Shown: in pieces, positions 1 through 12,185 of the stretch
Position numbering within the stretch: the first letter of the stretch is position 1
How the letters are laid out: each line of letters starts with the position of its first letter
Origin: Raillietiella orientalis
Taxonomy: Eukaryota
DNA length: 64,000 nt
Direction of reading: 5' to 3'
NCBI GenBank assembly: GCA_036172245.1
Contig: JAYWIR010000090.1
Location: forward strand, 62,001 to 126,000
Translations under genes and position numbers: made by a program
Notes under the pieces: model-generated
What the model was told of the DNA's origin: nothing
Database searches by the model: none
Seen by the model: only the letters and a program-made list of their open reading frames with translations

Positions 1-897
1 TGTGATCCCTGGATAAGCCGTTCTTGACGAACAATCCCAGGGAGTGAACGTGCGTTACCGGCAACAACCGATATTCTGCACCGGGTGCAAGCAGTTCGGC
101 CACAGGGCCGGCGCTTGCCCAACGTGTCGTTGTTTCCGCTGCGGCAAAGTAGGACATCAAGTCCGAAACTGCCCGCAGCCGGAGGTGTGCTCCTTCTGCA
201 AGAAACACGGACATGCCAAATGGAGCTGTCCGGAGTTTGCAAACTGCAGAAGGATTCGAGGTCTCTCTCCCGTGAGAGAGAGAAACACCAAGGAGGCGGA
301 ACAGCCTCAGAAGGCAGGAAGGCCGAAGAAGGTGAAAGGAGCCGTCCCGGTATCAGAAGACGGCTTCATACAGGTAGGGAGAAAGGAAAGAGGAGGATGC
401 TCGTCAAGGAGCAAGAAACCCCTCTTATACTACAAGGTGAAGAGCAAGAAGGCGAGAAGATGGAGGTAGCGCAGGAAGGCGCGGAAGAAGAAATAGCCGA
501 AGCCACTCCGGTGTCGCAGGAGGCCCTGCAATCTACGGAGGAGTTGGCATCACTGGCTAATGAAGTCCTAGAGGTGCAGAGCGGTCCCCAGCAAGAGAAA
601 ATCTTGCAGAAGATCTGCAATGCACAGGAGAAGGTCAACCAGGTTGTGAAGGTCACCGAGCGCGAAAAGCTAGAGGAACAGCTTCTCGACGTAAAGGCGA
701 ACTTCTGCGCCAAGGTCCAGATAAAGACGCTATCTCGAAAACTGATCGCGCGGGCCGAACACTCGACGGAGGAGGCGGAAGTAACCGACCTCACCGGAAC
801 AGAGAGTGATGCCGGCAGCGAGAAGCCCACTGCTTCTTTATTGTCTGGAAGAGCACGCTCTCTCAGACAGAAAAAGCTCAGGAAGGCCAAGAAATAG
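1..897 (+). pseudogene. A1 ORF1 (gag-like, 3 zinc knuckles), partial and frameshifted
   Basis: ORF 44..469 has CTGCKQFGHRAGAC, CFRCGKVGHQVRNC, CSFCKKHGHAKWSC; the acidic C-terminus continues in frame 85..897. Confidence 0.85.
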
Positions 898-910
898 GTC
901 TTCCCCTTTT

Positions 911-3900
911 ATGGCCTCTTCCCTATCGACCGCCAGGAGGCTGAACATCGCCTCCTGGAATGTAAACGGTATGGTCGACCAGGGAAAAAGAAAAAGGATT
1001 GTGCGGACCATCGCAGAACAAGACATAGTGTGCCTGCAGGAGACCCACAAGATGGGTCTCGAGATTAGTCAGCAAATGGAACGGCGATTCAACGGGCAGA
1101 TTTTCGTCAGCGAGGGAGAACGGAACACGCAGGGCGTGGCGGTCCTAAAGAAGAACAACTTGGCCCCCACTATTCTGGAAGTGTTCTGTCCCCAACCCGG
1201 ACGAATCATCGGCGTGCGACTGGCCTGGTCCGCTACTGTTCACCTCATCCTGGTGAACGTGTACGGGCCGCACAGGCTAGAACATCGTTGTGTGGAGGCG
1301 CTGCATGCAGCACTCCGTGAAAAGGTTGCTTCCAAGGACGTCGTGATTGTTGCTGGCGATCTCAACATATTGGATGAGATCACTCACTCCGATGACGCCA
1401 GAGGAAGGACGGCGTATCGGCGGTTATCCGACGAGTTCGGACTGGTGTGGCGAACTGCAAGTCACAAGCCGATCGATCACGTCCTGCACAGCACCGAACT
1501 TGGGAATCGCATCCAGGGTTTTCGAGACATTATGACCACGGTGTCCGATCACCCCCTGGTGCGGTTTTCCCTAAGAACGGAGAATCCTCGGCGGAGGCAA
1601 GGCACCAGGGCGGCGCTCATCAGCATGCCCGCCTGGTTCGAAACCCATCCCGGACATCAGGCTGTCCTGGAGACGATTCTGAAGGCAACAACAATCCGAA
1701 GAGTCGCCGACTGGGACAGCCTGAAACACAGGAGACACCTGTTTGCAAACATGCAGTTCGGAGATTGGCGCTTGAGGCAGGAGGCGTACCGGGAGCTGAA
1801 CATCCAAGATTGCTCACTCTCAAAGTACTTCGATCAGTACGAGAGTCGGTACGTCTTCAAGAACATAAAAGGGGGAGTCGGTGTGCTGGAGAAGAGAAAT
1901 CTGGCAACAGATATCTTCTGCATCCAGTACGACGGTCAAAAGCGACAGTCGTCTGAGGACATCGTGAATGCCTTTCAAAGGCATTACACGAAACACTTTA
2001 GGCGACAACATCTCTGTCGCTTTAGTCAACAGGCCTTTCTGAGCTACCTCGAGAAGAGGACCGACGATCTCCAGCGGAACAGACTGGAGGAGGAATTCTC
2101 CGAAGACGAGGTGAAGACTGCGTTTGGTCAACTACGCAAGGACGTGGCAGCGGGCCCTGACAGCGTACCCATCACTCACTAGCAGAGGTACCTGCATGCC
2201 TACCTGCGTTTGTTCCACCAGTTGACCCTCTGCATCCGCGAAGAAGGAAGACTTCCACAGTCCTTCTACGAGAGTCGGATGAGATTGTTGCCAAAAGGAG
2301 GCGACCTCACGCAGGTCACTCAATGGAGGCCAATCTCGATCCTGAACTCCGATGCCAAGTGGTTGGCGAAGATCTGGTCCAACCGCTTAGGCAAGGTCAT
2401 GTCGAGGCTCATCTCTCCGGTCCAAACGTGTGCAGTCCCTGGACGTCACATGTCGGACAATGTCAAGTGTGCCCAAGCCACCGTCGGACTCAGCCGATAC
2501 GTCGGCGAGAATCTGGCGCTGGTGTTCACTGACATGGAGAAGGTTTTCGACTCCATCGACCATGGGATGCTGCTGAAGGTTCTGGAGAAGCTAGCCCTTC
2601 CGGAACACTTCAGCAACTTCGTGAGGGTGGTACTCTTGAACCAGTACTGCCGAATCAAAATAAACGGCCAGGAGACGGCAGCAATCCGGATGGAACGGGG
2701 AGTCCGGCAGGGCGATTCGCTAAGTCCGATGCTGTTCGTCATCTACATGGAGGCGTTGTCGTCCTTTATCGAGAAGAGCGGATGACTGCAAGGCATAGCA
2801 ATCGATGGCCAGCGTCTTACCCATCTGGCATACGCTGATGATCTACTCTTCTTTATCAAGGGAGATAGAAATCAACGGGCGTTTCTGGATGTGGTAGACC
2901 TGATGGATCAAGGCCTTGGTCTAAAGATCAACGCCCAGAAAAGCCAGCTCTTGCCCGTTGGAATCCTCGATCTCTCAGCTCAAACGAGGACAGGATTCCG
3001 GACGGTGAACAAGGCCAATTACCCGGGTGTCTACATTGGCGACGTCTCCGCGTCGAAGCTACTGTGGACCGAGATCCTAGGGAAAACGGCCAAGGAAGCA
3101 GCCAAGTACACCCAAACGGACCTTGGAATGAAGCGAAAGGCCAACATATGGAACGGAGTACTCCTTTTAAAAGTTCTTTCCGGGGCGGGCTTAGCGAGGA
3201 TGAACAAGTACACCACGAGGGAGTTCGACAAGCTGCAGAGAAAAACACTGTGGGGCCACTATCACCCAAGAGTTCGACTGAAACCCCTGTGTCGTCCCAG
3301 GGAAGAAGGCGGTTCCGGGATGAAGTCGCTTGCACACTCCATAGAAATCATAGATAAGCGAAAATCCTAGACATTACCACTCACTATGATGACTGGCCGT
3401 ATGCAACGCACAGGTCCTCCGCGTTGTTGTTGAACTACTCGAAAGGCCTGATGACTGCGCTGCTAGGCTGAGCAGGCGAATGGAAAAAAATCGACCCAAG
3501 CTGGACGAGGAAGCAACGGCTGGTGCGAAAGCACAAAATTAAGATCGTGCCGAGAAGTAGGGAACTCTGGCAGGACGAGTCTATCCTGGTGATCCCTTGG
3601 ATGCTTCCTGTCCTGCCGGACACGAGAAGCTGGATCCACTAGCGGTCCAGAGTTACCCTTCAACGAATCCAGGAGTGGTAACGAGGAGGGTACCTACATC
3701 ACACTCGTATACTCAAGTATATAGAGATGATGTTAGGAAGGTTTACCCACATGACTCGCGAAGTGTGGTTCAATCACAACGACTTTGCGTGGTCCAGGGT
3801 AACCAAAACAAACCTCCGAAGACTTATTCAAGAAGAACACAGAGATGTTAGTGCCCTCCAGGAAGCCGCCGATCGCTACGGGAATGACCGGATCAACCTG

Positions 3901-4428
3901 TTAGCGATTGGCACGACGCTCTGGAGGAGTGACCTTCCGCCGGGCACCTAGGATGACCTCCTGATGTTTTATCATGGAGGAATCCAGAGTGGGTCCTGAT
4001 TGCAGCACTACACCGGAAGAAGGGAAGATCAAGACTGCACAGCATGTGCAGACATCGACACGAGACTTCACGTCTTGACGTGTCCCACGTTGGTGCATGA
4101 CTGGCTGATCCTGAAAAGGATCATCGGACTCACCACCAGGTCCGTAATGGAGATCCTCGCCGGGATGTTTCAGGGGGATGGTAATGTTCCCTGTTACAAT
4201 CCCATGGTGAGGACGACCATCGCCCTCTTCATCACCGCCATACTTGTGCGGTGGTGGAAAATGAGGAAAGCCAGAAGAGCCGCACCACCGATGGAGATCC
4301 TACAAGGGCTCCTGAAGAGGGAAATCGGCATTAGAAACTGTGGGAAAATTCAAGCCTGGACGTACCGATTCATCCTGAAGAGGATGGAAGACGACGCCCG
4401 GGACGAAACAGCAGGAAACCCACCATGA
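911..4428 (+). pseudogene. A1 ORF2 (APE endonuclease-RT-CCHC), disrupted
   Basis: Pieces 806..2182, 2210..2785, 2891..3370, 4000..4428; C-terminal CTACADIDTRLHVLTC; multiple stops. Confidence 0.9.
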
Positions 4429-4568
4429 GTGCAGAACTTGTGAGAACCCAAGGACTTCATAGTGGTAAAAAAAGTGCTAATGGTATGGATGAGATTGTAG
4501 TGTGAATGTTTTTATAGAAAAATTTTAGAAAAATAAATTTACCCCACCCCTCGTGGGACTTGGGGAAA

Positions 4569-5931
4569 ACTGCCGAGTCGGCGATGGGGCGACTTCATGC
4601 AGCGTGCTTTTGCTCGTCGCGAGGCTGCTTTTTACGGCTTTCGTAGCCTTTGCAGAGGGGTCTGCGCTGCAGTGGGGCTGTCCGGAACTCGGAAGGGACA
4701 ACGGAACGGGGCAAGAAGTCTTCTCACTGTTGCGATCTTCCTGTTTTCCTACCTTTCCCTCCAGAGTGTTACGGAGATTTCCTGGTTCCTGGCTCGGAGA
4801 GGTGCCAGCGAGTTCGGCAGAGAGGAAAGGCACGGCACGCGTCAAACCCTCGTGCCCCTTTTTAATTGGCTTCCCCGCCGTGACTTTCCCCTTTCGGGGC
4901 GTTGCGGGCGGGGATGCTTTCTTTTCATCCGCGGATCGCTCCTGGTTTTTTGCGAGTTTTTGCGAACGACGTTTGTTATTTGTCGCTGCGGCTTATCGTG
5001 CAGTGGTCTCTTGAACCCGACGAATTTCCGCTGCGGCACCTTTTTTTCTTGCAAGTACCGGGCACTTTTTGATTTTGTGCCCCGAATCTTTGCAATAGCG
5101 GCATCTTGGAGAGGGGCACTCTTTACATTGGTGCCCATCCTTGCCGCACTGCTCGCACGCGCGATTCTGGCTTATGAACCACAGGTGAACGACCGTGCCG
5201 TTCACCTGGAGCTGCTCAGGCGCAACACGCCTGTTCGCGACGGTGATCCGCACGGAGGCTTGTCCAATGTGGACAGAGGGGAAATTCTTTAGAGGATTCG
5301 GCCTCCTCCACAGAGCGTGCACGGTGGCGAACTTCGCCAGCACACTTACGACATCGCGGTCGGAGATTTCCGGTTAGATGTCGGACAATTGAACGAAAAA
5401 AGAGTCGTCCATCACGGTAGGTAGGACTTCCTTGCCATTGATGGTCAACGGCGTACGGAGAAGGCGCTGCACAAGTGCTGCGTTCTTGCACCGAATCTTC
5501 GTATATTCCATCCTGCCAGCAGGCATTATGGCAAGGAGTTCCTCCTCGCGAACGCCGATCCGGACGAGCTCATCATTGAGCTCACGACCGAATCTCCCGT
5601 TAAGGGGCCCACTGACCTTATAACGGAGTGCAGGCATGTATCCTGATGACACATATGCCTGGAACTCCGCATCACAGGGTCCTGGTCTTTGGGAGGTAAC
5701 GGCGGCGTAACTCCTTACCGGGGGCGAGGAAACCATTACGGAAGATGCGGCTACTTCAAGGGCAGCTGAAGTGCATCCAGTGGCTTGCTCCTCCACACTA
5801 TTCTGTTTACTGGCCATGTTGCACTATGCTACTTGGCAGATTGCACAGGAACACACAAGTGCGAGCGAAAACGCAGGCACAAAGTTGCCCGATCGTTGGC
5901 GCGGATAGACGCGGAAACACGTCTGCACTGT
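4569..5931 (-). mobile_element. LINE family E, copy E1: 5' UTR and 5' part of ORF1, interrupted by A1
   Basis: Starts ACAGTGCAGACGTGTTTCC; ORF1 MASKQNSVEEQ (5817) with CEQCGKDGHQCKEC/CRYCKDSGHKIKKC; homologous to 35405-36767. Confidence 0.9.
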
Positions 5932-8900
5932 ACGAGCGCAGGAGATCGAACGCATCTACGGAGGGCGGCTGTGGTATCGGTGTGGAACATCGAGAAGTTG
6001 TGGTGTCGCCTACCTGCTTCGGCCCGCCATCGAGGCCGCCGCCCGTGGAGTTCGGTTCTACGATCACGGTCGTGTCGGCCAGCTGACTCTCAGCTGGTCC
6101 GACTCGATCGACTTGATCGTTACGAACGTTTACGCCCCGAGCGGAGCAAACCTGACCAACAGGAGGGCCACGAAAGAATATTTCCTTGCCCTCCATCGCG
6201 ACTGGTTGACCGAGGCAGGCGTGCGGAATGCCCATCTGGTTGCAGGCGATTTTAACGTTCGTCTGAAACCGGATGGGCCGAATCAGAAGCGTGACCTGGT
6301 CAAGGAGGTGTGCGCGGCGGTGCACACTTGTAATTTGTTGGCCAGTGTACCAGGGATGGAGGACAACATCGATCACGTGTTCCTTGACGAGCACCTGTGC
6401 ACTCGTGTGGGCAGGCGCTGCAAGTTGCCGTGCGAGTTGTCCGACCATCGACCAATCGTGATTGAAATCCATCCGCGTGACAGGGGCCCCCCTTGTCAGC
6501 GTGGCGTTTGCCAGGGGACTGGGTGAAGATCCCGGATGCGACGGAAAATCTCCGCACGTTTATACGGAGCTTTAGGATGCAGACACTTCAGGATTGGGAC
6601 CGCTTCAAACGGTCGGTCCAGGAGTTCTGCGACCAGTTCCCTCTGCACCGCCTACCTGCGGGATTTGGGGACGGGGTACGTATCTGGAGGCTCGCCGTTA
6701 CGTTAAGACCCCGGACATCCGCAGGCTGGCGGAATACAAAGCGGGAGCCGAGAGGCAAGTTTGGCAGTCAGGATCGGCCAGCTTGCTGGACGATCAGGGC
6801 CAGGAGCATTCGGCACCCGCTCAGATCCGCGGTCTGCTGCGGCGTTTTTACTTCTCCCTGTACGCAAGAACGCCTCCCGAGCGGGATTTCTCACGAATCC
6901 TGCTTCCGGAAGGCGCTTCTGCGATCGGGGAAGAGGAGAAAAAGTCCATCGACGAGTCTTTCACGATGGGCGAGATCATCTCTGCCATCGGAAAGCTCAA
7001 GAGGCGAAAGGCTCCAGGGGAGGACGGCCTGTCCGCGGAGTTTTATCAAACTTTCGCTGCTGAGCTAACCCCCCTGGTACATCAACTCACGTTGCTGATA
7101 CGCGAGACAGGTGACGTTCCCGCCTCGTTTCGTTCGGCAAAGGTGCGGCTTCTCCCTAAGGGAGGAGATCTGAGGAGCATGAGCAACTTTCGTTCCATCA
7201 CAATAGTGAATGCGGATGCCAAGTTGATAGCTAAGGTTTGAGCTGAGCGCTTGCGACGGGTTGCAAACGCCTTCATCAGCCCGGAACAGACGTATGCTGT
7301 TCCGGGGCAAAGCATGGAGGCGAACCTGTTCCGCGCTTCCACCTGGCTAGAGCTCCAACACGAAAGGGGCTTGATGCGCACCGGGAATTCCGGTGAGTCC
7401 GTCAGTCATGCGACGGATGGTCGGATGGGGGAGGGGGCACTTGCGGTCGCTGCCGACTTGCGTAAACCATTCGACAGCGTCGACCAGAAACTCCTGCTGG
7501 AGCTTTTGGAACGCTTGGGCTTCCCGGCCTCATTATTGGCCTATCTGCGCTCTAGCTGGCGCGATGCGCAAATCAATGTTACTTTCAGCGGGCATACTGT
7601 TCACGGCGTGCCGGTGCGACATGGAATCCAACAAGGAGACAGCCTGAGCCCCTTGCTCTTCAGTACCTACTTTGAGTTGGTACTGAAAGCGTACAGGGAA
7701 ACTCTGGCGCACCTGCCGCATGAATGCGCCGGAACGCCTGCGGTTTCAGCATATGCGGACGACCTCCTGCTACTGCTCCCTATGTCCACCCCGGCTTTGG
7801 CGGTCGAGAAGTTCTTCGACCTGCTGAATCGAGGAACCGGGCTTACGGTGAACATGGCTAAGTCGTCCGTGATGCCAGTTGGTGCGGAGTGGGTATGGCA
7901 GCAGGACTGTTTCCGTTTGGGGATCCCCACGGTGAGGTACTTCAAGTACCTTGGTGTGCCGTTGGGGGACTACTCCTTTGCGGAAGCGTGGTCCGGCTGC
8001 CTTCAAAAAGTAGAGACAGCTATCGGCCCGTTCCGAGGCGGCAGGTTTTTCCTGCCTGAACGGGCCACGGTTTGGAACATGTTCGCGGCCCCCCTCCTTC
8101 GCCCCCTACTTTTTGTGTGCCCTACCCCGTATCAAATTAGGACACGGACTAGGGGCCTTATACGGAAAGCCCTCTGGGGCAACCGGAGGCCTCGCGTCCG
8201 GCTCAAAGACTTGTGCGCTCCACGCAGGGACGGTGGACTTGGTCTCCTGACGTTGGAGCGCATGGAGCGACAGCTCCAATTCAGAAAACTTGCCCTTGTG
8301 GCAAAGTTTCGGACAGCACCCTGGTGTGCACCAGCAAGACTCCTTGCTCACAGGACAACCGGCTGCTTCGGATTGACTTCAATTTTGGTAGCCAACGAAC
8401 GCAGCCTGAACCATTGTGGTTATCAGCTGCGGGATTTGGTTGCTCTGATGAGAGACAACCCTGTGATCTCCTGCATCCCAGCGGACTGGACTACCTGGCT
8501 TCAGGAGTCCGTATCCGCATGGGCGAAGATCAATGGCACCAGCGATGAGGACTTCTCCTGCCTCCGCAGAGGGAGGCACGCCGGTCAGCCACTCCAGGAG
8601 ATCGTTTCCAACCCACGGAAACTTCTGTGGGCTTCCTTCACCTTCCTTGCCCCAGTGCTGCCCTTCCTCAGGGAAGTTCGGGACAGCCACCAACAGGCAT
8701 CGGGGGAAGTGTCCTGCCTCATCGGAGGCAGGAAAAAATCACTGAAGGCGTGGACGCCGAGGGAACTAGCGGACGAGGGAACTAGTACCCGGAGTGTCCC
8801 GCCGAACGGACTTTTACGCTGGGGCGCGCTGCTCGGTATACCTCCGGAGGAGGTGAAGTGGCCCCCAGCGTCATGGGACAACGTCACCCTTCCCCTGCAG

Positions 8901-9356
8901 TGGCAGGAGACGGCGTTGCTTCTGCTCCACTGGGGACTTTTAAGCAGAGCACGCCTGTCTCGCTGGACATCGGGGAATGTGGATGCTAGTTGTGCAGAGT
9001 GCGGGGAAAGGGAGACTTTCCCCCACTTGATTCTGGAGTGTGTTGCCCTTTACGAAATGTGGGACAGACTCTCGTCGATCCTCAACATTCCGGAGAGTGA
9101 CCCAAAAAATTTATCCAGACGCCTTCTGACGCGAGACGGCTTGCCAGCCTCCGGGAGCGTAGCAGTGCTCTGCTGCATACGCGGTATCCTGGAGAAGTGG
9201 ACCGCGTCTAGGAGAGGAAGGACCAGCCGGAATGCCATCCACTGGGCAGCGATCTCCTTGGAGAAAGCGTGCCGTTGGCGCCGACTTCAAAAACATTTAC
9301 CGGCACTTGTTCGCATCCGAAATCGGATGCAAAGGCCTGCTCACGGCGCACCGTGA
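5932..9356 (+). pseudogene. F1 ORF2 (APE-RT-CCHC), frameshifted
   Basis: ORFs 6113..6526, 6594..7241, 7251..9356; frameshifts near 6490 and 6680; TGA at 7239. Confidence 0.9.
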
Positions 9357-9620
9357 TCCCCTCCCTCCCTCCCGCTCCCTGAAAACATTGCCCTCCAGAC
9401 GTTTTTCTTTTTTTGTTTTGTTTTCTGTTTATTTTCCCCGTCCCGGCGCCAGTGAAGGACTTTATCGGCCTCCGGGTCGATAAAGACAAGTGCTATTGAA
9501 CTTCAATGAACGTCTGACGTCCGAAAAAGAAATTTTTTTTTTAACAACAAAGACCTTATTACAAAATTTTGTAATGTCAGAATTTCAGTAATAAATGCTC
9601 CGGCTTACCCGGGTGAAAAA
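5932..9620 (+). mobile_element. LINE family F, copy F1: ORF2 from within the APE domain to the 3' end
   Basis: GDFN, IDH, SDH, RT ORF 7251..9356 with YADD and CAECGERETFPHLILEC; ends AATAAATGCTCCGGCTTACCCGGGTGAAAAA. Confidence 0.93.
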
Positions 9621-9798
9621 CCTGAGCTGGGCTGGAGCGTTCTTGGCCCTGATGGTCCAGCAAGCAGGCCTAGGCTAACTGCCAGGCCTGCCTCTCCGCC
9701 ACAGCCTTGAATTCTGCCAAGCGACGGACGTCGGGATGACTGGAATAACGGCGGGCCGGAAGGTATGCCCGCTCGTGCTGACTCCCCCGCCGAATCCC
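9621..9798 (-). mobile_element. Short ORF2 fragment of a host LINE, trapped between the F1 and B1 insertion sites
   Basis: Minus strand reads GFG..YLPARRYSSHPDVRRLAEFKAVAERQAWQ..CLLDHQGQERSSPAQ, the APE-RT linker seen in all relatives. Confidence 0.85.
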
Positions 9799-9919
9799 TT
9801 GGCGAGAGGACGTGTTTTTCCTTCGCTCTTCAGTGAGTAGACAGGAAGCGGTTTTCTTAGTGTGTTTTTGTGTGGAACATCGTTGGTGTCCGATGGTAGC
9901 GTTTCCTGAGGACACCACG

Positions 9920-11640
9920 ATGGATGTAGGTGTGGGGGAGGCTTGCCCACCCTCACAGCCTACAGAATCAGGGACGTCCGACCCGGAATCGCCCTCGCCG
10001 CCTAAAGCGAGGAGCTAAATCGCCATGGTGGCCGCGCCGAGCGCGGAAACCATGGCCGAGATGGCGGCCTACCAAGCACATGGGAACAAGTCCAGCTTGT
10101 TGTACCAGGTAGGCCCCTTATTTGATGGGAAAACGGCACGCGCGTTTTCGAAAGCGCTGCAAAACGCCGGAGCAAAAGAACAAGATCTTGACTGCCTGTT
10201 CGTTCTCAGCGGAGGTCAGCGAGTCGAGGTGGTGTGCAAGGAGATCACCTTGGCTCAGACTCTGATCACCAACCCGTTGAACGTCGACGGCCGAAAGATC
10301 TTGCCGGTGACGATAGACCGCTCCGTGGTGGTCCATCTCACTGGAATAACGAGCCGTATGACTCGCTCTGCGGTAGCACAAGAACTGCAGAAGTTCGGCG
10401 AGGTGCACGCGCTGTGGCCTAAGCCAACAATCTTTGAAGGCTTCAATAGCCATTTCGGAGGCCAGGCTGCAGCGCGGGTAACCGTGAGTAAGGATTGTGG
10501 GCTTCCCCACAAGCTGGAGGTCGCGCAAGAGAGCGTGGACCTCTGATACGCGGGAAAGCCCCGGTATTGCGGCTACTGCGATACCGTAGGACACCTTCGC
10601 AAGAGGTGTCCTAACATCCAATGCCACATGTGCGGGGAGAAGGGCCACGTTCGACGTGTGTGCCCAAAACGCCCCACCCCGGTTCCTCCTGCCGCGAAAA
10701 AGGCGCAGAAAAACGCACACTAAAGGTCACAAGACCTAAGGCGGACGCTGGCCGGCTGAAGCTGCCAGATCCTCAACCTCCAAAAGAAAAGACGGAGGAT
10801 AAACCTTCCCAAGAGGCGGAAGGTGATGAGGGCTGGCAACTTGTAGCAGCCAGAAAAGAGAGAAAAGCTTCTTTAAAGGAGAAGAAAGAGAAGCCGGCCG
10901 GTAAGGCAAAAAAACCCGGGCCGCGTTCGAAAACCATACGCGAGTGCACGGTGGCACTGGAACGTATCGTCGTTCCGGAAGGTGCCACCCGGGGCGACGA
11001 GCCTCCCCTCGCCGTTTCCGTAGCGCCCGAAGTTCGCGACGGCGAACCCTCTGTGCAAACAGAGGGTGATCCGCGCGACGCGCCGGTCGACACCGGAGTC
11101 GCCGCGTTCGCAAAGGCGGCGGAGGAGCTCGCGGCCACGCTGGCGGAGCGTGAGAACCCGTCACGCAAGACCGTGCGAAGGCCGGCTCCCGCGAAAAAGG
11201 CCCCCACAGGTGAGTCGGACCTGGGAGCCGGAAGTGCATCCTCCTCCTCGGAGGCACCCCCCAGCAATCCCGGACGAAAGTCCCAGAAACCCAGGAGGCG
11301 CCTCCCCTCCACCAGCGAGGAGGAGAAGCAGGAAGGTAGCGGTAGCGTGGGAATCCCGGAGGGGGAACTCCCACGCTCGGAAGCCGTCGAGCCGGCCACC
11401 CCCATGGAGAAGGGTGAGCAGGGGGGCGAAGTCCTCCCTGCAGTCGCCGAGCCTGAACAGCCCGCCCCCATGGAGGAGGGCCAACAGGTATGCGCGACCC
11501 CACCTGAGGGTGACCCGCTCGACGCGCCGTTACCCATGGAGGAGGGGGACCAGGTGCACGCAGCGCCTGACCCTCCTCCTCCACCTAGCGTCACGCCCCA
11601 ACAGGTGGCGGACGCCGCATCGCCATGTTCCCAGGAATAA
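9920..11640 (+). pseudogene. B1 ORF1 (2 zinc knuckles, low-complexity C-terminus), disrupted
   Basis: ORFs 10025..10546 and 10621..11640; TGA at 10544 and a frameshift near 10710. Confidence 0.85.
11400..11580 (+). repeat. Three degenerate coding repeats (PMEKGEQ/PMEEGQQ/PMEEGDQ, about 66-69 bp spacing) in B ORF1
   Basis: CCCATGGAG recurs at 11401, about 11467 and about 11533; similar repeats in B2 (28795-28950) and B1' (60819-60998). Confidence 0.7.
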
Positions 11641-12113
11641 CACCTGGGCTCGCCAGTCGCCGTCGGATTCGCGCCGCCTGTTGGAACGTCAACGGGCTGC
11701 GCGACGACGGTAACAGGCGAGATACGGCCGACACCCTGCGTGAGCTCGACCTGGCCCTGCTGCAGGAGATCCACGTGATCACCGCGGCAGACGCCCAGGA
11801 GATCGAGACGATCGCGGGGGGTCGGTTGTATTGGCGGTGCGGCCTCCGCAACACCTGCGTGTTCGCGTTCTTCGTAAAGCCGGCCATCGACGCTGCCGTG
11901 AAGGGCGTGCGCTTCGATGACGACGGTCGGGTCGGTCAGCTGATTCTCAGCTGGTCCGACTCGATCGAATTGATCGTCACGAATGTGTACGCCCCAACCG
12001 GTCAAAAGGATACAGCGACCGCACCAGGCTGCTGGAATCCCTGAAGCGCGACTGGCTGGCGGACACGAACGTGCGGAAGGCTCACCTGATAGCGGGAGAT
12101 TTCAATCGAGTGC

Positions 12114-12125
12114 GGACGTGTTTTT
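12114..12125 (+). promoter_or_regulatory. Conserved 5'-terminal motif (G/A)GACGTGTT(T), candidate internal promoter element (example copy)
   Basis: Within about 10 nt of the 5' junction at 5923(-), 9808, 12114, 18030, 27195, 35413, 48143, 53400, 59226, 61532; the function is inferred. Confidence 0.55.
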
Positions 12126-12185
12126 CTTCGCTCTCGTCTCCGTGCTTTCATCCGCTTCATCTTGGCGTCGTACATTTTGACGACG

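Larger units (their letters stand above)
1..4568 (+). mobile_element. LINE (L1/Tx1-like) family A, copy A1; 5' part outside the window; inserted antisense in ORF1 of E1
   Basis: Three CX2CX4HX4C knuckles, APE motifs (WNVNG, LQE, GDLN, IDH, SDH), RT motifs (GVRQGDSLSP, YADD at 2831). Ends AATAAA..CCCCACCCCTCGTGGGACTTGGGGAAA, followed by target sequence CTGCCGAGTCGGCGA. Confidence 0.93.
9799..12106 (+). mobile_element. LINE family B, copy B1, 5' segment (5' UTR, ORF1, APE up to GDFN)
   Basis: Starts TTGGCGAGAGGACGTGTTTTT; ORF1 about 9920..11640 with CGYCDTVGHLRKRC/CHMCGEKGHVRRVC; APE broken at GAT TTC AAT by C1. Confidence 0.92.
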
